In this document: piece by piece, positions 1-8,451 of the stretch
How the letters are laid out: every line of letters starts with the position of its first letter
Numbering within the stretch: the first letter of the stretch is position 1
Position numbers and translations under genes: made by a program
Notes under the pieces: generated by a model
Told to the model about the DNA's origin: nothing
What the model saw: the letters and a program-made list of their open reading frames with translations, nothing else
Databases searched by the model: none
From: an uncultured bacterium
GTDB lineage: Bacteria; Krumholzibacteriota; Krumholzibacteriia; LZORAL124-64-63
DNA: 64,000 bases
Assembly: GCA_963727525.1 (NCBI GenBank)
Contig: CAVSGO010000007.1
Coordinates: 896,001-960,000, forward strand
Reading direction: 5' to 3'

Positions 1-2
1 AG

Positions 3-143
3 AAGCTGCTCGATCGCAAGCGCTTCACGGGGACGGGCAACTATCTGCTGGGCGACGGTTCCACGTCGGAAGCAACGGCCCGGCAACTGGCCGCCAACGA
101 GATCGTGCGCGACGTGATCGCGCAGATCGTCGAGGACTGGTGA
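3..143 (+). CDS. 3' end of probable LPS-assembly lipoprotein LptE-family gene (truncated by window edge)
   Basis: Open frame KLLDRKRFTGTGNY...EATARQLAANEIVRDVIAQIVEDW*; TGATG overlap with holA; lptE-holA is a conserved gene order. Confidence 0.55.
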   Translation, partial: KLLDRKRFTGTGNYLLGDGSTSEATARQLAANEIVRDVIAQIVEDW

Positions 144-1186
144 TGGCACGTCAGACGCCGCGCGAACGGACTTTCGACGACCTCGTGAAGCGGGATCTGC
201 GAACACGCGAATATGGCCCGGTCTACGTCTTCGACGGCGACGACGCCTATCGCATCGAGAGCGTGATCGAACGCCTGAAAGCCGATGCGCTCGATGCCGC
301 GAGCGCGGCGTTCAACGTACACACATTCCACGGCGACCAGACGGGCTGGTCGCCCGCGTTGCAACAGGCGCAGGGTTACCCGATGTTCGGGAGCCGGCAG
401 CTCGTGCTGCTGAAGCAGGTCGACCGGATCGCACGAGACGACCGCGCCGAGGCGACCCTCGCCGCCTATCTCGAGGCGCCGGCGACCACCACGATCTTCG
501 TCATGACCGCCGAGAAGCTCGATCGACGTCGCAAGTGGGTGCAGGACGTGCGCGCACGCGGCTACCTCGTGCACTTCGAGGCGCCGGAAGGCGAGGCCCT
601 CGTGACGTGGGCGGCGAAGGCGGCCCAGCGCGCCGGCCTGACGATCGGTCGCGACGCGTTGCAGACGCTGACCGATCTCGTCGGGCGCAACCTGCAGAGC
701 CTCGCCGGCGAGATCGAGAAGCTGGCCCTGCTGAGCGATACCTGGCAGCGGCCGCCCACCGCGGACGACGTCATGCGCGTCGTCATGGATCAGGCCGAGT
801 TGAAAGCGTTCACCCTGACCGACACACTCGAACCCGGTGGTGCGCCGACGGTCATGGCCACCTGGCGCAAGCTCGCGGAACTCGGCGAGGATCCCTACGG
901 TTTGACGCCGATCGTCATGGCCCACCTGCGCCGCATGGCGGTGGTGAGTGCGATGCTGGCCGATGGCGAGTCGCCGGACGCCATCGCGGCGAACACGGGG
1001 ATTCATCCCTGGGTCGTCCGCAACAAGCTCGTGCCACTCGCGCGACGCCTCGGCCCGCACGGCGCCGCACGGACTCTGCGGGCCTGCCTCGCCTGCGAGC
1101 GCGCACTCAAAGGCCGACCAGTGCCGCCGGCCTTGACGTTCGAGGCCTTGCTGCTGAACGTATCGCTACCGGAAACCCGCCCGTAG
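143..1186 (+). CDS. holA: DNA polymerase III delta subunit
   Basis: PVYVFDGDD, FN...FHG, YPMFGSRQLV, VGRNLQSLAGEIEKL motifs typical of HolA. Confidence 0.9.
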   Translation: MARQTPRERTFDDLVKRDLRTREYGPVYVFDGDDAYRIESVIERLKADALDAASAAFNVHTFHGDQTGWSPALQQAQGYPMFGSRQLVLLKQVDRIARDDRAEATLAAYLEAPATTTIFVMTAEKLDRRRKWVQDVRARGYLVHFEAPEGEALVTWAAKAAQRAGLTIGRDALQTLTDLVGRNLQSLAGEIEKLALLSDTWQRPPTADDVMRVVMDQAELKAFTLTDTLEPGGAPTVMATWRKLAELGEDPYGLTPIVMAHLRRMAVVSAMLADGESPDAIAANTGIHPWVVRNKLVPLARRLGPHGAARTLRACLACERALKGRPVPPALTFEALLLNVSLPETRP

Positions 1187-1224
1187 ATCGCGCATCGCGC
1201 GTCTGGAAAGAGAAAGGAAGATCC

Positions 1225-1554
1225 ATGTCGGACACTCTGAAGGACTTCACCGACGCCAGCTTCGATGCCGAGGTACTGGCCAGCAACAAGCCCGTGCTCG
1301 TCGATTTCTGGGCGCCCTGGTGCGGCCCGTGCAAGGCCCTGACGCCGACGATCGAGCAGATCGCACAGGACAGCGGCGAGAGCTGGTTGATCGGCAAGAT
1401 GGATATCCAGAGCCACCCGAAGACCGCGGCCAAGTTCGGGATCCGGTCGATCCCGGCGCTGCTGTTCTTCAAGGACGGGCAGGTCAAGGAGACGCTCATG
1501 GGTGCGGTGAACAAGGACAAGATCCTGAACAAGATGAAGAACGTCACCGAGTAG
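1225..1554 (+). CDS. trxA: Thioredoxin
   Basis: PVLVDFWAPWCGPCK active site, GIRSIP; RBS AAAGGAAG before ATG 1225. Confidence 0.97.
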   Translation: MSDTLKDFTDASFDAEVLASNKPVLVDFWAPWCGPCKALTPTIEQIAQDSGESWLIGKMDIQSHPKTAAKFGIRSIPALLFFKDGQVKETLMGAVNKDKILNKMKNVTE

Positions 1555-1558
1555 GCGC

Positions 1559-1598
1559 GAGGGGCCGGCCGGTCCGTGAACGGGCGGCCCCTTCTCTC
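1559..1598 (+). terminator. Probable intrinsic terminator after trxA
   Basis: GAGGGGCCG...CGGCCCCTTC GC-rich inverted repeat followed by a pyrimidine tract. Confidence 0.55.
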
Positions 1599-1608
1599 GA
1601 TATCATTG

Positions 1609-1636
1609 ACTTAACATAATATACATTATGCGCAAT
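1609..1636 (-). other. dif: dif site (XerC/XerD chromosome dimer resolution site)
   Basis: Minus strand ATTGCGCATAA-TGTATA-TTATGTTAAGT versus E. coli dif GGTGCGCATAA-TGTATA-TTATGTTAAAT (25/28); intergenic and AT-rich in a very GC-rich background; sits at the point of gene-orientation convergence. Confidence 0.93.
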
Positions 1637-1687
1637 TCTTGAAGTCCCAAAGACAAACCCCTCTCCTGGCGGGAGTTGCAGGCCTGG

Positions 1688-2053
1688 CTAGTCGATGGGG
1701 ATACGGTCCGCGATGTCCTCGAGTCCTACCACGGTATAGTCCTCGCCGGCGATTGCCTTGAGGAAGCCGAGCACCGAGAGTCCGAGGAAGAGCAGCACGT
1801 ACGCCAGGTGCAGAATGACCGTCACGAGGACGCCGAGTACCGGCACGGGCTGCAAGACCGCCTCGATCACGAGCACGACCAGGCCGAGCACGATCTCCGC
1901 GAAGAGTAGCGCGAATCCCTGGCGGCAATGCCGGGCCAGGAAAGGCGACTTGGGGTTCTGCAGCAAGGAGACGATGACGAGGACGCTGGCATAGCACAGG
2001 GCGCCGAGCCAACGATCCCGCGTCGTCACGGTCTGCGGATCCGCGGCGGCCAT
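1688..2053 (-). CDS. DUF4870-like small membrane protein
   Basis: Three hydrophobic segments, LGALCY...FLARHCRQG...KAIAGE pattern; RBS GGAGGTGA. Confidence 0.7.
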   Translation of the reverse strand: MAAADPQTVTTRDRWLGALCYASVLVIVSLLQNPKSPFLARHCRQGFALLFAEIVLGLVVLVIEAVLQPVPVLGVLVTVILHLAYVLLFLGLSVLGFLKAIAGEDYTVVGLEDIADRIPID

Positions 2054-2072
2054 GGTCACCTCCCGCGAGGCC

Positions 2073-2762
2073 CTAGCCTTCCAGGGCGCGCATCATTGCC
2101 AGACGCGTGTCGAGGTCCGTCTTGGAGACGCCCTCGAGGTCGCCACGAACGACCTTCGCGTCGAGGTCCTCCAGCACCATCACCGCGTCCTGCAATTTCC
2201 CTGCCGCTTTCAGACATTCGGCCTGTCGGACGGAGAGATCGTAGGTCTCGGCGTCGTTGCGAGCATCGGGGATCAGCTCACCATACGCGCTCGCGGCTTC
2301 GTCGTATCGCCCGAGCGACGCGAACGCCGCGGCGCGGGCTTGCTTCAGGCCACGCGCAGCCGGGCTGCCGGCGGGAACCTCGCCGAGCGCCGCGTCAGCA
2401 TTGGCGAGCGCCGCCTCGTACGACCCCTGCGCGAGCAACGACTTCGCGAGCCCCACGCGCGCGAAACGGCCGAAGGTGGTGCCGCCGTAGCGCTCGACAC
2501 ATTCCTGCAGCGGCGACTGCGCCAGCTCGGCCTCACCGTTGCTCAGCAGGGTTTCGCCCTGGTAGAGGAGGTAGCTCGCGCGATCGCGCGAGTGCGCCTT
2601 CGCCTGCTTCATGTACGTGACGCCCACGATCAACGCCACGATGACGAGAAGGCCGATGCCCAGCGGCATGGCGTTGTGCTGCAGAAACTCGAGCCCGCGC
2701 TCGGTGCTGTCGATGAAGCCGTCGTGCTTCATGTCTTTTTTGGTCAACTTCTGCGCAGCCAA
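2073..2762 (-). CDS. Single-pass membrane TPR protein (YfgM-like)
   Basis: KLTKKDMKHDGF N-terminus, one TM helix, then TPR-like helical repeats; TTG start with GAGGT RBS. Confidence 0.7.
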   Translation of the reverse strand: MAAQKLTKKDMKHDGFIDSTERGLEFLQHNAMPLGIGLLVIVALIVGVTYMKQAKAHSRDRASYLLYQGETLLSNGEAELAQSPLQECVERYGGTTFGRFARVGLAKSLLAQGSYEAALANADAALGEVPAGSPAARGLKQARAAAFASLGRYDEAASAYGELIPDARNDAETYDLSVRQAECLKAAGKLQDAVMVLEDLDAKVVRGDLEGVSKTDLDTRLAMMRALEG

Positions 2763-2919
2763 GACGCTTACCTCGTGTATGGGTTGTTTGTCGGTATCAC
2801 AGTCACCCATGATAGTGCATGTCGCGGTCGTTTTCCAGCCCGGCCCGCGGGATCTCACTTGCCGGGATCCCCCACGTCCGCCATGTTGGGCGGGCACCCT
2901 GGTCGGAAGGAACCGTGCC

Positions 2920-3306
2920 TTGTTCCACTGGTTACGCCACCGCTCCCGCTGGGAAGGGGTCAACTACCTCGACCTGATCCCCCGCCGCGCCGTCGACCAT
3001 GAGCCCGGCGGCACTCACGACAAGGTGGTCCTGCTCCAGCCGCGCTACCGCGACCCGATCCTGGGCCGCTGGCTGCAGCCCCGTCTGGGCCCACGCAAAC
3101 GCTGGCTCCGCATCCCCCTCGACGTCCGCGGCAGCTGGCTCTGGAGCCAGATCGACGGCGTCCGCACCGTCGGCGCCCTGGCGGCAGCATTCCCATCGCA
3201 ATTCACGGACGAATCGGAGCAGATCCCCGAACGCGTAAGCCAATACCTGGCAGCGTTGAACGCGAATGGCTTCGTCGACTTCCTGAACATGCCGCCCAAG
3301 CGTTGA
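2920..3306 (+). CDS. PqqD-family (RiPP recognition element-like) protein
   Basis: LDVRGSWLWSQIDGVRTV...ERVSQYLAALNANGFV matches the PqqD winged-helix pattern; start uncertain. Confidence 0.7.
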   Translation: MFHWLRHRSRWEGVNYLDLIPRRAVDHEPGGTHDKVVLLQPRYRDPILGRWLQPRLGPRKRWLRIPLDVRGSWLWSQIDGVRTVGALAAAFPSQFTDESEQIPERVSQYLAALNANGFVDFLNMPPKR

Positions 3307-3309
3307 GCG

Positions 3310-3386
3310 TGGTACCCCCGGCGGGATTCGAACCCACGACCCCCAGATTAGGAATCTGGTGCTCTATCCAACTGAGCTACGGGGGC
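3310..3386 (-). tRNA. tRNA-Arg(CCT)
   Basis: Cloverleaf; anticodon arm CCAGA-TT-CCT-AA-TCTGG; GGTTCGAATCC T-loop; encoded CCA. Confidence 0.97.
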
Positions 3387-3421
3387 ACCGTCAGGGCCGA
3401 CGGACGGGGAATCTAGCCCGG

Positions 3422-3937
3422 TCACGGATACCGCACAAGCGAAAACACCGGCGCGTCCGACAGGAGCTTGCGGCCGGCGAGGCCCTCCAGTTCGATCACG
3501 AAGAGGTAGGCCGCGACCTTTGCGCCGCACCGACGTACGAGGTTGCCGGCGGCCGCGGCCGTGCCGCCGGTGGCGATCAGATCGTCGAGGATCACGACCT
3601 TCTCCCCCGTGGCGATGGCGTCGCCATGGACCTCGATCGTGGCCGTGCCGTACTCGAGGTCGTAGGTCTCGGCCACGGTCTGGCGGGGCAGCTTGCCGGC
3701 CTTGCGCACGAGGATGAGCCCCTTCCCCAGGGCCAGCGACAGGGGTGCCCCGAATACGAAACCTCGCGACTCGATCGCCGCGATGCGGTCGAACTCGACC
3801 CCGGCGAGCTGCTCGGCGAGCTGGTCGACCGCCGCCTGAAGCGCGGGCGGGTGGGCCACCAGCGGTGTGATGTCGCGAAAGAGGATGCCAGGCTTGGGAA
3901 AGTCCGGCACGGCGGCGATGTGGGACTGCAGGTCCAT
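3422..3937 (-). CDS. apt: Adenine phosphoribosyltransferase
   Basis: PDFPKPGILFRDIT, ESRGF, RKAGKLP, YDLEYG, VILDDLIATGGT. Confidence 0.97.
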   Translation of the reverse strand: MDLQSHIAAVPDFPKPGILFRDITPLVAHPPALQAAVDQLAEQLAGVEFDRIAAIESRGFVFGAPLSLALGKGLILVRKAGKLPRQTVAETYDLEYGTATIEVHGDAIATGEKVVILDDLIATGGTAAAAGNLVRRCGAKVAAYLFVIELEGLAGRKLLSDAPVFSLVRYP

Positions 3938-3962
3938 GCTCTCATTCCTCGCGAAGGGGTGG

Positions 3963-4619
3963 TCAGCGCAGCAGGCGCGCCGGGTCCACGGCTTTCTCGT
4001 TCTTGCGCAGTTCGATGTGCAGATGAGGCGGATCCTCGGCCAACGGCGGCGTCGCCGTCCGGCCGATGAGATCACCGGCCAGTAGCGCCTGCCCCACGGC
4101 GCAGGTGAGGCTTGCCGGATCCAGCGGAGCGAACACGGTGTGATAGCCCGCGCCGTGTTCGAGGATGATCAGCGTGCCGTACTCGTCCATCTGACCCAGG
4201 TAGCGCACGATCGCGGGCGCCGGGCACAGCACCTCGCCGCCCACCGGATACGCCATGGTGACGCCCGAGCGTGGTAGCAGGATCTTGCCGCTCTTGTGGG
4301 GGCCGAACGGACGCAGCACGCGACCGCGATTCTTGTAGGGGCGTTCGAAATGGAGGTCGGAGCCGTGCGTGCGCGTGAAAGGGCGCTGCAGGTGCAGCTT
4401 CTGGCCGACATGGATCACGGAGGTCGCGAGGTCGTTGTCGCTCTTAAGCTCGCTCACCGACTCGCCGAAACGCTTGGCGATGACCGACAGGTTATCGCCG
4501 CGTCGCACCTCGTACCAGCCGGCGGACGCCGCGGCGCGTGCGATGGACACGAGCGCGAGACCACCGATCAGGACGGCGGCGAGTCGTGGGATCCGGCGTG
4601 TCGAGTGTCGCGAGGTCAT
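3963..4619 (-). CDS. LysM + M23/LytM-domain protein (NlpD/EnvC-like)
   Basis: Signal peptide, LysM (YEVRRGDNLSVIAKRFG), M23 core YGTLIILEH...PHLHIELR...VDP. Confidence 0.85.
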   Translation of the reverse strand: MTSRHSTRRIPRLAAVLIGGLALVSIARAAASAGWYEVRRGDNLSVIAKRFGESVSELKSDNDLATSVIHVGQKLHLQRPFTRTHGSDLHFERPYKNRGRVLRPFGPHKSGKILLPRSGVTMAYPVGGEVLCPAPAIVRYLGQMDEYGTLIILEHGAGYHTVFAPLDPASLTCAVGQALLAGDLIGRTATPPLAEDPPHLHIELRKNEKAVDPARLLR

Positions 4620-4721
4620 GCGTGCTCCGCGGAGATCGTAGTCGACCCACACAAGATGCCAAGAAAAAAGGAGCCGCGCGCTTGCGCTACTCCCTCGTCT
4701 ACCGCTGCGATACATCGAAGG

Positions 4722-4799
4722 TGGTCGGGGCGCCGAGATTCGAACTCGGGACCTCCTGCTCCCGAAGCAGGCGCGCTAACCGGGCTGCGCTACGCCCCG
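4722..4799 (-). tRNA. tRNA-Pro(CGG)
   Basis: CGGGGCGTAGCGCAGCCCGG...; anticodon arm CCTGC-TT-CGG-GA-GCAGG; CCA end. Confidence 0.97.
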
Positions 4800-4847
4800 A
4801 CCTGGAGTCCGAAGTGGCGGCCAATGTAATGCCTGGACCCTGAGACG

Positions 4848-5336
4848 TCAATTTCCCAGGGCGATGATTCCCTGGGCCGCCAGCGTCACCACCGCCCCGG
4901 CGATGAAGATACCCAGGACGATACACGGCACGGCGTATCGCAGGGGCAGCTTGAGCAGGTAGGCCGCCATGGCGCCCGTCCAGGCGCCCGTCATCGGGGC
5001 CGGAATGGCCACGAACAGCGTCAACCCGATGCTCTCGTACCGCTGGATGACCTGGGACCGCTGCATGGTACGGGCGAAGATCCAGGTGAAGAACCGGTCG
5101 CAGGCCCGGAATCGTCGCAGCCAGCGTTCCACGGGCCCCAGGAGCAACAGGATCGGCAGCACGGGCAGGAAGTTGCCCAGGACGGCCGCCACGTAGATCT
5201 CGACCCAGTTCCTCATGCCCATGGCGAATCCCAGGGGGATGCCCCCGCGCAGCTCGAAGATGGGCAGGGTGGAGACCACGAACACCGCCAGCGGCGGCGG
5301 CAGGCCATGGACCCAGGCGAGGATGGTGTCACGCAC
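4848..5336 (-). CDS. Small multi-drug export family membrane protein (COG2426)
   Basis: LPIFELRGGIP and FVAIPAPMTGAWTG signature motifs. Confidence 0.85.
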   Translation of the reverse strand: MRDTILAWVHGLPPPLAVFVVSTLPIFELRGGIPLGFAMGMRNWVEIYVAAVLGNFLPVLPILLLLGPVERWLRRFRACDRFFTWIFARTMQRSQVIQRYESIGLTLFVAIPAPMTGAWTGAMAAYLLKLPLRYAVPCIVLGIFIAGAVVTLAAQGIIALGN

Positions 5337-5988
5337 CGGCGGTCCCCTCCTCCATTCCGCGGCGCAACGGCACGAAGCGGCAGAGCACCGATTGCTGGGC
5401 GGCCAGCCCGTCGCCCTGACGCCGGAAGCGGGTGAGCACCTGGCTGCCCTCGTTGTCGCCGAGGGGTACGAGCAGGTAGCCGCCGTTGACGAGCTGCCGG
5501 GTGAGGGCCGCCGGCGTCGCTGGCGTGCCGGCCGTGACCATGATGCCGTCGTAGGGCGCTGCCGGTTCGTAACCCTCCGAGCCGTCGTCGGCGAGCACGG
5601 TGACATTATCGCAACCTAGCTCGGCGAGTACGGCGCGCGCGCGGTCGGCCAAAGGCACCACCCGCTCGATCGTGATGACGCGGCCGGCGAGGCGCGACAG
5701 GATCGCGGCCTGGTAGCCGCTACCGGTGCCGATCTCGAGGACGGTCTCGTCGCCCTTCAGTTCCAGCAACGCGGTCATGAGTCCCACCATGAAGGGCTGG
5801 CTGATCGTCTGGTCGTAGCCGATGGGCAGGGCGCAGGATTCGTAGGCGCGATGCTGCAGCGCGCTGGGTACGAATCGGTGCCGAGGCACCTCGCGCATCG
5901 CAGCGAGGACGCGCGGGTCGGTGATGCCGTCGGCCTCGAGTTGCTCGCGCACGAGCCGCCGCCGCGCCACCGCGTAGTCGCGCGTCAT
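5329..5988 (-). CDS. pcm: Protein-L-isoaspartate O-methyltransferase
   Basis: VPRHRFV, QTISQP, VLEIGTGSGYQAA, APYDGIMVTA. Confidence 0.96.
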   Translation of the reverse strand: MTRDYAVARRRLVREQLEADGITDPRVLAAMREVPRHRFVPSALQHRAYESCALPIGYDQTISQPFMVGLMTALLELKGDETVLEIGTGSGYQAAILSRLAGRVITIERVVPLADRARAVLAELGCDNVTVLADDGSEGYEPAAPYDGIMVTAGTPATPAALTRQLVNGGYLLVPLGDNEGSQVLTRFRRQGDGLAAQQSVLCRFVPLRRGMEEGTAGA

Positions 5989-6872
5989 GTCGGATCCTTG
6001 CCGGGGCCATGACCACCACGCGTGGGCCCATCGAAGACGAGTCCGCCCGGACCGGTGGCCGCCTGCACGAAACGATGCCCCACACTCTCGAACACGGCCG
6101 CGCCGGGCAGACCTTCGCGCGCGAGATCGCCAAACGCGTGCAACAGATGGTCGGCCGTCATGTCGACCTTCAAAGGCGTGAGGCTGGCGTAGCCGTCGCG
6201 GACGGCGGCGTAGTCGCTGTCTGCGCCCTCGTGCCAGGTGGGCCCCTTGCCGGCGATCCACACCAGCGGGATGCCGCGGGGATCCTCGAAGTCGTTCACG
6301 ACGTCGTGGTAGGTGCGCGAACCCTGGCGCGTGATGCGCAGGCCGCGCAGCGCTGCTTCCGGTCCGTTGGGCACGTTGATGTTCCACAGGCAACCCGTGG
6401 GCAGCGGCCGTTCGAACAGGATCGGCAGCAGGCGGCGCACGAGGGCGGCGGCCCCGCCGAAATCGGTGGGGTGCCAATCGGCGAGCGACACCGCTGCGCT
6501 CGGGATGCCGTGCACGCACCCTTCCATGGCCGCGGCCACGGTGCCGGAGTACTGCACGTCCTCGCCGAGGTTGGGCCCATGGTTGATGCCGGCGATGAGG
6601 AAGTCGGGCGGGTCATCGTCGAGCAGTTTGCCCAGGGCCACCATCACGGTGTCCGTGGGCGTGCCGGTGACCGACCAGCGGCCAGGCCCGAGGTTGCGCA
6701 CCCGCAGCGGCGCGTGAAGCGTGAGGCACCGGCTCGTGGCGCTTTGCTGCGCCGCGGGCGCCACGATGCTCACCCGCACGTCGGGCAGATCGCTCAACGC
6801 CTCCGCCAGGACGCTCAGGCCGAACGCAGCCACGCCGTCGTCGTTGGTCAGCAGAATGTGACGTTCACTCAT
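5985..6872 (-). CDS. surE: 5'/3'-nucleotidase SurE
   Basis: ILLTNDDG, GTPTD, GINHGPNLG..YSGTVAAAMEG; adjacent to pcm. Confidence 0.96.
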   Translation of the reverse strand: MSERHILLTNDDGVAAFGLSVLAEALSDLPDVRVSIVAPAAQQSATSRCLTLHAPLRVRNLGPGRWSVTGTPTDTVMVALGKLLDDDPPDFLIAGINHGPNLGEDVQYSGTVAAAMEGCVHGIPSAAVSLADWHPTDFGGAAALVRRLLPILFERPLPTGCLWNINVPNGPEAALRGLRITRQGSRTYHDVVNDFEDPRGIPLVWIAGKGPTWHEGADSDYAAVRDGYASLTPLKVDMTADHLLHAFGDLAREGLPGAAVFESVGHRFVQAATGPGGLVFDGPTRGGHGPGKDPT

Positions 6873-7566
6873 GATCTTCGGTCACCCGTGGTTCCCGGCT
6901 GGCCAGCAGCACGCTGACGAGTCGGAAAAACCGGTAGGTATCGACTACCGGGTTGATGCTGCTCTTCTCGTCGCCGTAGATCGTCGTCACGGCGACCGAA
7001 CCGATCCGGGCCCCGCGCCGCGCGAGGCGCACGAGGATCTCCGACTCCGTGTCGTAGCGTTGCGTCCGCAACCGCAGTCCCGGCAGCACGGCCACCCGCA
7101 GAAGTCGGTAGCCGTTCTGCGAGTCGGGAATGTCGGTGCCGGCAAGCCGGCTCACCACCCACGACGTGAACGCATTCGTGGTCTTGCGCAGCCAGGGCAT
7201 GCTGGCCGTGCGGTTCATGCGGTTGCCCACCACCACGTCCCAGTGGCCCCGCCGCGCCTCGTTGCGGAAGGCGACCATCTCCGACGGGAGGTGCTGGCCG
7301 TCCGCATCCATGGTGTAGACCCATTCGAGATCCGCGGCAACCGCCCAGGCGAATCCACTGGCCAGGGCCGCCCCCTTGCCGCGATTCACGGCGTGCACCT
7401 CGACGTCCACCCCGCAGCCGCGGGCGACCTCGGCGGTCGCATCGGCACTGCCGTCGTCGACCACGAGGATGCGCACGCCCGGCTCGCTGGCGCGGATCGT
7501 GGCGATCACCTCCGGCAGATGGCGGGCGACGTTGTAGCCGGGCAGGATGACGCCGGTACCAGACAC
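6865..7566 (-). CDS. GT2 glycosyltransferase (polyprenol-phosphate glycosyltransferase-like)
   Basis: VVDDGSAD, NRGKGAAL, MDADGQH, DSQNGYR. Confidence 0.9.
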   Translation of the reverse strand: MSGTGVILPGYNVARHLPEVIATIRASEPGVRILVVDDGSADATAEVARGCGVDVEVHAVNRGKGAALASGFAWAVAADLEWVYTMDADGQHLPSEMVAFRNEARRGHWDVVVGNRMNRTASMPWLRKTTNAFTSWVVSRLAGTDIPDSQNGYRLLRVAVLPGLRLRTQRYDTESEILVRLARRGARIGSVAVTTIYGDEKSSINPVVDTYRFFRLVSVLLASREPRVTEDHE

Positions 7567-7660
7567 GCGGGACGGTTCTCCTGGGGTTCCGGGCCAGCCG
7601 ATCGACCGATCGAGACGTGGACCCGCCGATGGTAGTCAACCGCGCGGTGAAATCAAGAAT

Positions 7661-7694
7661 CGGAGGGCGAGGCTCCTGAGAACCCCGCCCTCCG
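7661..7694 (-). terminator. Hairpin downstream of the secreted-protein pair
   Basis: CGGAGGGCG...CGCCCTCCG inverted repeat, followed on the minus strand by ATTCTTGATTT. Confidence 0.55.
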
Positions 7695-7727
7695 TGCATG
7701 CCGATCGCCCCACGAAAGGAGGAGCGA

Positions 7728-8417
7728 CTAGCGGAACAGACTCTTCACGTTGCTCCAGGTCGCCGGATCGCTGGCCGTGGGATCGTTCGGAGGAACGATC
7801 TTGAGGTCGAAGACCCGGTCCCAGCCATCGGGCACGGTGACGCCCGGGCCGGAGTCGGGATCGGCGACGTTGAGCGCGTTGACGATCCAGTTGGCCAGTT
7901 CGTACTCCGCCGCGGTCAGCTCGCCGAGGCGGGTGCCGCCGACCATGTCGCACATGCCGCTGCCGAAGCCGCTGTACAGGCCGTCGGTGTTGGTGTCGAG
8001 CATGGTGATGCCGAACCCGTCCTGCAGATTCGCCGAAAGGACCATCGTCCCGTCGGTGAATGTCGCCGGGTTGGCCCAGTCGGCCGCGGTCCCATTATCG
8101 GTGAAGATCTCGATCATGCCGCCATCGAGCGTCACGTTGCGCACCATCGCCGACGGGTTCGACACCGACGAGATGGTCCAGGCGCTGATGTGTACGGTGT
8201 GCTGGTAGTTGTCGAAATCGAACGGGATCGGCGTGGGGAAGCCGCCAGCGTCGGTGAGGATCCCGTAGACGTCGACGGTGGCTCCGACGGTGTCGACCGC
8301 CGGCGTGTACTTCGCATATCCGAACGAGACGAACTCGGCGCCAGCCATGGCCGTTCCGGTTCCGAAAGCCAGGACGAGCAAGGCGGCGGCGAGTACCAGC
8401 GAAACCCTTGCTTTCAT
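7728..8417 (-). CDS. Secreted hypothetical protein with C-terminal TWSNVKSLFR motif
   Basis: Sec signal peptide (MKARVSLVLAAALLVLAFGTGTAMA), acidic Gly/Thr/Asp-rich body, RBS GAGGAGGGAG. Confidence 0.85.
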   Translation of the reverse strand: MKARVSLVLAAALLVLAFGTGTAMAGAEFVSFGYAKYTPAVDTVGATVDVYGILTDAGGFPTPIPFDFDNYQHTVHISAWTISSVSNPSAMVRNVTLDGGMIEIFTDNGTAADWANPATFTDGTMVLSANLQDGFGITMLDTNTDGLYSGFGSGMCDMVGGTRLGELTAAEYELANWIVNALNVADPDSGPGVTVPDGWDRVFDLKIVPPNDPTASDPATWSNVKSLFR

Positions 8418-8451
8418 GTTTTACTCCCTCCTCGGCCCTGAGGGCCAGGAT

